Shown piece after piece: positions 57,945-64,000 of a DNA stretch of 64,000 nt. Location: assembly GCA_019352195.1 (NCBI GenBank), contig JACAFG010000001.1, positions 2,485-66,484 on the forward strand. Reading direction: 5' to 3'. How positions within the stretch are numbered: the first letter of the stretch is position 1; every line of letters starts with the position of its first letter. This DNA comes from Candidatus Saccharimonadota bacterium (GTDB lineage: Bacteria; Patescibacteriota; Saccharimonadia; UBA4664). The notes beneath the pieces are model-generated. The model was not told the origin of the DNA. It did no database searches and saw only the letters and a list, made by a program, of their open reading frames with translations. Made by a program: the position numbers and the translations under genes.

Positions 57945-58967
57945 TTAGTCGGCGTCCGTCCCGGTTGGCATGAGGCGAAGCCGACGCATAATCACCGGGA
58001 ATGGATACAAAACGACCAGCATGCCAATCGTGATACCAACAATGTTGTAGGCCACCCGCTGCAAGGTGGTTTCAGTGCTGCCGGCTATATTAGTTGCACT
58101 GTAGAGCAGCAAAATTGTGGCTGTATAAAACAGTGGCATCATGCCAAACTTGGTTTTCTTAAAGATGCCGTTAACTACCGCAAAGAATGCGCCGGCCCAA
58201 ACTACGGCGGTGACGCTGTGGAAGAACACCAGCGCAATTGTGGCCAACAGCGCGCCCCCGATAGTGCCGGCAAAGCGTACCCAAGCTCGAAGTTTACTCA
58301 TTTTGGGGTCGTATCGCACGACGTTACCAACGGCACTCGGGGCCCAGCCTAGCTTGGCAAAACCCGCGAGATACGACACTGCTAGCGCGATTCCGGAGCC
58401 GATACCCATGCGGAATCCCTGTTCGGCGTATTCGCCGTTGCCGAGTTCAGTGCTAACAGCGGGCGGAGGAATGGGCGTCCAAAAGGGCAGCAGCGACACG
58501 ATAGCCGACCACGTTAGCACCAGTGCAAACAGTACAAAGTTAGCCGAAGCTTTGGTAGGTGACCCAGTATTGAGCCCAGCCGTATATATCATGACAAATG
58601 TTAGGGCCAGCGGTCCGCCCAGCTTCCAGCCGCTCAAGAAACTGAGGCTAAGGCAGACAATTACGGTAAAGAACACGGCCAGCCATGGATTTGGCGCGAC
58701 CACGCCGCCGACGAGATACAGCCCGAGACCCACTGATAAAATAAGCGCGGCCATAATGAGTCGGCCGCCCGTCCGTTTCGGCAAGAATAACGCCGCGTAA
58801 AAGAAAGCACCTTGTCCGAGCGTCACTACATAATTTGTATGGCCGGTAAAACTGGCGATAAACATGGGGATAAGACACAAAAATGCTCGAACCCCTTCAT
58901 CCCACATGAGCGGCTTAGTCCAACGGAGCAAGTCGAGCGGGGACGAATCTTGGGTGGTGGTAGCCAT
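57945..58967 (-). CDS. FUSC-like membrane protein
   Basis: Many TM segments; RFAGTIGG and QRVAYNIVG patterns. Confidence 0.7.
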   Translation of the reverse strand: MATTTQDSSPLDLLRWTKPLMWDEGVRAFLCLIPMFIASFTGHTNYVVTLGQGAFFYAALFLPKRTGGRLIMAALILSVGLGLYLVGGVVAPNPWLAVFFTVIVCLSLSFLSGWKLGGPLALTFVMIYTAGLNTGSPTKASANFVLFALVLTWSAIVSLLPFWTPIPPPAVSTELGNGEYAEQGFRMGIGSGIALAVSYLAGFAKLGWAPSAVGNVVRYDPKMSKLRAWVRFAGTIGGALLATIALVFFHSVTAVVWAGAFFAVVNGIFKKTKFGMMPLFYTATILLLYSATNIAGSTETTLQRVAYNIVGITIGMLVVLYPFPVIMRRLRLMPTGTDAD

Positions 58968-59181
58968 AGTTTCTCTCTTGTTGGGTCAAGCTTACACTAA
59001 CTGACTGCTGAGGGCCATTTAGCTCAAGCAAGATTGCAAATGGGTATTCGATCAACTCAAAGCTATATTTGAACTGGCGCTGACGAAAGCCTTCATGCTG
59101 ATGATCAAAAAGCTCGTTCATTGTCAAATGAACGAGCATACTTTGGAGTATATATATTTACGACCGCTGGAGGACAAAGCT

Positions 59182-59579
59182 GTGGCTGTTACTGATAAGC
59201 CCGTGACCGGTTGGGTTGGATGGGTCTATTTGCTGGATTCATGATGATGGTGCTCGGATTTTTCCAGGCCTTTGAAGGTTTGGCTGCACTGTTAAACAAC
59301 ACCCTGATTGTAAAGGCTCCAAACAGCTTGTGGGTTTTCAATATTACCACTTGGGGCTGGATTCACTTCCTGCTGGGTCTGGCTCTCATCGCCACCAGCT
59401 TTAGCCTCTTGCGGGGCGGTTTATGGGGTCGAAGCGTTGGTGTAGTTCTAACGGTTATTAGCCTGCTGGCAAATTTTGCCTATATCCCAATTGCTCCCAT
59501 TTGGTCGATTATCATTATGGTTGTCGACGTGCTCATTTTGCACGCGCTCATTACGCACGGCTCCGAAGTCAGAGCCTAG
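59182..59579 (+). CDS. four-TM membrane protein (actinobacterial-type), frameshift near 59230
   Basis: GGAGG plus GTG 59182 gives VTGWVGWVY; the remainder (FAGFMM...WGWIH) is in the adjacent frame. Confidence 0.7.
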
Positions 59580-59702
59580 TTTATTTACCCGTCCCGCCGG
59601 TGAAAGCCACATTAATGGTGGCAGATCGGCGGGATTTTGCTACATTAGTCAATACAATAAGCATTGACATACATAGAAATTGCTATCATAATATAATTGA
59701 GA

Positions 59703-60641
59703 ATGACCATCAAAACTTCAACCCTAAAGCGCTACATACCGCTTATCCTTGGAATCGCGCTCTTAGTGGGAGCGGCGCTTTATGTGCCTTGGGATAGTGT
59801 TGAGCCATATCTTGCAAAGGTCTCCGCGCTCAATTATAGCTTGCTGATCTTACTGAGCGTGCTGTATTACTTTGGGCGAAGTTTGCGCTACTGGCTGATG
59901 TTGAAGATGCTGCACCAAACGGCGCCATTCAAAATCGTGGTACTGTCTTGCTTGGCCGCCCAACCTATCGCGGTATTGCCTGGCGGCGAACTCTATCGCG
60001 GCGTAATGCTCAAGCGTTATGGAAACGTGAACTTAAGTGACAGTACGGCAAGTGTGTTTGCGCAATCATTGGCCGAAAGCTTTGGTCTTATTGTTATCGC
60101 GCTGATTGGGGCTGGCATTTTACATCGTTATGAACTTGCCACTGCCAGCATCGCCATCGTGCTGTTTGCGATGTGGATTGTTATCAATTTATATTCTGGC
60201 TCGAAAGCTCACCGGGTTACCAACTTGTTGCCGGGAGTCAATTTTCATCCCTCAAGCGTAGCAGCTTATTTGCGACGCAACCGCATTTTGCTATCAGGTA
60301 AAAATTTTGGTATTTTGCTGGCGGCGTCACTTGTTAGTACCGTTGCCGGTATTGCCATGGTTATCACGGTAATATATGGACTCGGACTGCATATCGGCAT
60401 TGCTCAGGCAGCTATGGTGTACGCCCTGCCGGCTGTGCTTGAAGTCGTTTCTTTTTTGCCCGGCGGCTTGGGCGCCAACGAAGGTACATCGGTAGGGTTA
60501 TTATTGCTATTTAATTTTTCCTTGCCTGAGGCCATTGCCGTCACTATTTTGGTTCGTATCTTTACGCTGGGCATTGGCTTTATATTTGGATTTGGGGCCA
60601 TGTTATGGGCCAAAATCGGGAATTTTCGACAATATGACTAA
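59703..60641 (+). CDS. lysylphosphatidylglycerol synthase TM/flippase-like protein
   Basis: R-LRY, PGGELYR, LPGGLGANE motifs. Confidence 0.8.
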   Translation: MTIKTSTLKRYIPLILGIALLVGAALYVPWDSVEPYLAKVSALNYSLLILLSVLYYFGRSLRYWLMLKMLHQTAPFKIVVLSCLAAQPIAVLPGGELYRGVMLKRYGNVNLSDSTASVFAQSLAESFGLIVIALIGAGILHRYELATASIAIVLFAMWIVINLYSGSKAHRVTNLLPGVNFHPSSVAAYLRRNRILLSGKNFGILLAASLVSTVAGIAMVITVIYGLGLHIGIAQAAMVYALPAVLEVVSFLPGGLGANEGTSVGLLLLFNFSLPEAIAVTILVRIFTLGIGFIFGFGAMLWAKIGNFRQYD

Positions 60642-60679
60642 AATTGGGCTATAGTGGCCGTATTAATGAAAGTTTCCCT

Positions 60680-61315
60680 ATGGCACGTAGTAGTACTCAA
60701 GGTTTGACCGCACGGTTTCGGCTCATGATTGCGGCCTTCGTTGGGCTCGTAGTCGGCGCTATCGTGGCATTTTCGGGTTCGCTCCTTGTAGCATTACTGC
60801 TCGGCTGGGACGCCGCCGCCGCTACCTATTTGGTGTGGAGCTGGCTGCGGGTTGGCGGCTATAACGCTACCCAAACAGCGCATCATGCGGTGCGGGACGA
60901 CCCGACGCTGGGCCTTACCGACATCATTCTTATCGTGGCGAGCATCGCGAGCATCGTGGCCGCCGGACTTGTTGTGACCGGCGCGAGCTCTCAAAGTACG
61001 CTGCCAATTACGGTGGCTCTCGTGAGCTTGGCGGTGTCGTGGCTTTTGGTCCACACGGTATTTATGCTTCGTTACGCTAGGCTTTACTACGGCGATAAGC
61101 CCGGAGGGATCGACTTTAATCAGTCCGATAATCCCAAATACACCGATTTCGCTTACATGGCGTTTACGATCGGGATGACTTATCAAGTATCCGACACCGA
61201 GTTACAGACTTCAGCCATACGCAGTACGGCTCTACGCCAGGCTCTCATTTCGTATCTGTTTGGGGCGGTAATTTTGGCCGGCGTAATTAATTTGGTTGCT
61301 GGTCTCGGGAAGTAA
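60680..61315 (+). CDS. DUF1345 family membrane protein
   Basis: YARLYY, DFAYMAFTIGMTYQVSDT. Confidence 0.88.
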   Translation: MARSSTQGLTARFRLMIAAFVGLVVGAIVAFSGSLLVALLLGWDAAAATYLVWSWLRVGGYNATQTAHHAVRDDPTLGLTDIILIVASIASIVAAGLVVTGASSQSTLPITVALVSLAVSWLLVHTVFMLRYARLYYGDKPGGIDFNQSDNPKYTDFAYMAFTIGMTYQVSDTELQTSAIRSTALRQALISYLFGAVILAGVINLVAGLGK

Positions 61316-61388
61316 ATTCATCTCATATATAACCATAGCCAGGTCTCAGGCGTGCCACCACTAATTCCGGCTACGAGTATCGCCTTGA

Positions 61389-62123
61389 CTACTCTTGCCG
61401 GCGGATGGTGATCGACCCCAACACCAATGCCGCCGCAGCTACCCCCAGTACGACGCACAGATCTCGCTTCAGCTCACCCGTCCATTGGGAGTGCGTCGTT
61501 ACTTGCTTCATGGCGTCAACGCTATAGGTGAGTGGAAAGACATCAGCCAGTCGCTGCAAGAAAGTTGCCATTTGATCGCGCGCCACAAAGAGCCCGCACA
61601 CCAATACCTGTGGCATCAGAATCGGCATAACGAGCTCTACGGCTTGAAACTCACTGGTAGCAAACGCACTCACCAATAAGCCGAGCGACGTGCCCAGTAT
61701 AGCCGCGGCGACGGCGGCGACGATCAGAGCCAAAGTTCCGCCGAGCACGGTTACGCTCAAAAATCCCAGAGTTACCAAGCTGACCAGCGACGCCTGTACC
61801 AATCCAACGAGCGAAAACGCCAAGGCGTAGCCAAATAAGAAGTCCAGCTTACTAATAGGCATAGTCATGAGACGGTCAAGGGTACCGCTGGTACGTTCCC
61901 GCAGAGTCGCAATCGAAGTAACCAAAAACATCATCAATAAAGGGAAGATACCTAATATCATGGGCGCGACGTTGTTAAACGCCACCGCGTTGTTGTAAAA
62001 CGCGTATTTTAAGATGATGAGTAATACGCACGGCACCACCATAATAAGTGCCACCGTGCGCGGATCGTGACGTAATTGTCGCAGCACACGTACGGCCGTC
62101 GCCAAGGTTCGCCTTGGATTCAT
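61389..62123 (-). CDS. ABC-2 type permease
   Basis: LRHDPRT, RERTSGTLDRL, PLTY. Confidence 0.9.
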   Translation of the reverse strand: MNPRRTLATAVRVLRQLRHDPRTVALIMVVPCVLLIILKYAFYNNAVAFNNVAPMILGIFPLLMMFLVTSIATLRERTSGTLDRLMTMPISKLDFLFGYALAFSLVGLVQASLVSLVTLGFLSVTVLGGTLALIVAAVAAAILGTSLGLLVSAFATSEFQAVELVMPILMPQVLVCGLFVARDQMATFLQRLADVFPLTYSVDAMKQVTTHSQWTGELKRDLCVVLGVAAAALVLGSITIRRQE

Positions 62124-62845
62124 TTGGCAGCTCCAACTAGCTTAAGGAAGGCCGCCTCAACCCCGGTCGTGCCGGTTTGTTGGCACAGCTGCTGCGGCGT
62201 TCCGTGCGCCAGCAAGCGGCCGTCGCGCAGCAGTACCAAGTCGTGGCAGCGGCTGGCTTCGTCCATTACGTGGCTCGACACGATCAGGGTAGTTCCACTA
62301 GCTGCCAATTGCTCAAACAGCTGCCACAAAGACGCCCGAAGTACGGGGTCAAGACCCACCGTGGGTTCATCTAAGATGAGCAATTTTGGCTTAGCAATGA
62401 GAGCTATTCCCAACGAGACGCGCTGACGCTGGCCGCCCGAAAGCTGTGCGATCAGACGGTCTGCGTGCGGACTCAGTTCGGTGGTAGTCAAGACGCGTTC
62501 TACGGCCGCAGTTATGCGACGGCGGGGAATATTTGCCATAGTCGCAAAGTAGCGGAGGTTTTCCGCGACGGTCAAATCGCTATAGGTCCCAGCGCCTTGC
62601 GTCATATAACCTAGCTGCCGCCTCAATTGGGCGCTCCCCGCGGGATGGTCGAAAATATCGATGCTACCCGACGTGATCCGCTGTCGACCAACGAGAGCGC
62701 GAATCAGCGTGGTCTTACCAGCGCCAGACGGCCCAATGATGCCAATAATTTGTCCACCATCTAATGCTACCGAAATGTCTTCTAGCGCCGTCTGATAATG
62801 ATCAAAGGTTACGCCCACATGGGTTAATAAAATTCCGTTTGCCAT
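62120..62845 (-). CDS. ABC transporter ATP-binding protein
   Basis: GPSGAGKT, LSGGQ, LDEPTVGLD. Confidence 0.93.
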   Translation of the reverse strand: MANGILLTHVGVTFDHYQTALEDISVALDGGQIIGIIGPSGAGKTTLIRALVGRQRITSGSIDIFDHPAGSAQLRRQLGYMTQGAGTYSDLTVAENLRYFATMANIPRRRITAAVERVLTTTELSPHADRLIAQLSGGQRQRVSLGIALIAKPKLLILDEPTVGLDPVLRASLWQLFEQLAASGTTLIVSSHVMDEASRCHDLVLLRDGRLLAHGTPQQLCQQTGTTGVEAAFLKLVGAAK

Positions 62846-62944
62846 AAGCATTATTGTATACCAACTCATGCTTCGTGCGATTTTGTAATTATGCACAATA
62901 CAGGTGCCGCTAGTTTTGGTAAAATCTACAAAAGGAGTATTTCT

Positions 62945-63340
62945 ATGCAAGATCCAGCCGAACTAACAGCCCAAGCGTCAGATCTCCGCGCACAAGCAGA
63001 AGCCGCCCGCGCCGAAGCTGATCGACTTGACAGCGAGGCCCGCGACAAGGACATCGAAATGGTCGCCGCCGAAAACCGCATCGAGCAAGGTCGGTTTGAA
63101 ATCGAGGCGCGTGACCACCGTCGTGCCGCACAAGAACAAAGTGCGCTGGCCGACCGCTTGGCATCCGAGGCGTCCGACCTGGAGTCAAAAGCGACCGATG
63201 AGGCCAATTTACTTTCGGAGCAGGCTAAGGACCGTGACCGCGAAGCCAGCGCTATGGCTGCCACGACCGGTGATGACTTTGAAGCGCAGCGCTTATCGCG
63301 TGAAGCTGATGAACTGAGGCGTCGAGCCTCTGGCGTTTAG
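62945..63340 (+). CDS. Ala/Glu/Arg-rich coiled-coil protein
   Basis: AAGGAG RBS; repeated A--L--EA heptads. Confidence 0.65.
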   Translation: MQDPAELTAQASDLRAQAEAARAEADRLDSEARDKDIEMVAAENRIEQGRFEIEARDHRRAAQEQSALADRLASEASDLESKATDEANLLSEQAKDRDREASAMAATTGDDFEAQRLSREADELRRRASGV

Positions 63341-64000
63341 GATCTCCACGTTGACCAATCGCCCACAAAACCAATTTCGGTCTCCAGCAGCTGACCCGTG
63401 GCGGCCTGTACCTCTTGCTGGACGGCCTCGATGAGCCCTCGTACGTCCGCCGCCGTGGCGCCCCCGAGGTTCACGAGATAGTTAGCATGCTTAGGTGAAA
63501 CCTGAACGTTACCCAAGCTGCGGCCTTTTAGCCCAGCTTGATCAATGAGTCGGCCCGCGCCAACGCCTGGAATATTAATAAACACCGATCCGCACGATGG
63601 AAAGTCGGCCAGCAGCGGCTGCTTGGCTGCCCGCCAGGCAGCACTAGCGGCAATTTGCTGCTCTATCTGCGCTCGTGGTCGCCGAGTCATTTGGAACGTT
63701 GTCGCCAGCAAGATCACTGGGCGATCAAGCATTAGGCTATAATCGTAGGTAAACTCAAACCAAGCGTGATCCACATGGTGCACCTTGCCGGCTTCGTCCA
63801 GCACCACACCCGCCGTTACGCGATCGGCTAAATACTGTGTCTCGCCGGCAACAATTTCGCCTGAAGCGGCCCACTGCGCCGCGTCTACTTCTACAAAGTG
63901 AAAATTTTGTCGCACACCGCCCCCAACGCTCGAAGGCACCACGGTAAAGTATTCCAGATTTCCCAAGTCTAGCTCGGCCGCTGCGGCAATAACTTCACCG
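63337..64000 (-). CDS. murB: UDP-N-acetylenolpyruvoylglucosamine reductase (partial; 5' part outside window)
   Basis: KQP, SCGSVF, AGRLIDQAGLKG, VSPKHANYLVN, LETE. Confidence 0.9.
   Translation of the reverse strand, partial: GEVIAAAAELDLGNLEYFTVVPSSVGGGVRQNFHFVEVDAAQWAASGEIVAGETQYLADRVTAGVVLDEAGKVHHVDHAWFEFTYDYSLMLDRPVILLATTFQMTRRPRAQIEQQIAASAAWRAAKQPLLADFPSCGSVFINIPGVGAGRLIDQAGLKGRSLGNVQVSPKHANYLVNLGGATAADVRGLIEAVQQEVQAATGQLLETEIGFVGDWSTWRS

Noticed and set aside
1-64000. CRISPR array, integron attC array, IS elements, rRNA
   Set aside because: No regularly spaced repeats, transposase ORFs or rRNA-like sequence seen; the hairpins differ in sequence and sit at gene ends like terminators.

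Overview
Bacterial chromosomal window, most consistent with a Candidatus Saccharibacteria (TM7/Patescibacteria) genome. This is inferred from gene content and order: type IV pilus cluster, short tsaB, tsaE-tsaB-rny-ymdB-hup, ruvABC, yebC. It carries dnaJ (with a CIRCE-like operator), murI, murB, a GT4/GH130 sugar locus, a molybdopterin oxidoreductase pair, ABC/MFS transporters, five tRNA genes and many stand-alone GC-rich orphan genes. Several ORFs carry single indels or in-frame stops, which may be assembly errors or decay. Two things stand out in the tRNA region. (1) A ~4.6-kb AT-rich element is integrated at the 3' end of tRNA-Pro, and its large serine recombinase gene appears to contain its own attP. 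The integrated protein ends in antisense tRNA sequence, while a start-less, in-register 50-codon alternative C-terminus sits at the far attL and would be joined on after excision. (2) A ~630-nt ORF-poor, helix-dense minus-strand transcript lies between tRNA-Gly and that element, with its own sigma70-like promoter and terminator. It is a candidate unrecognised large ncRNA. All family assignments are from motif recognition by eye, not database searches.
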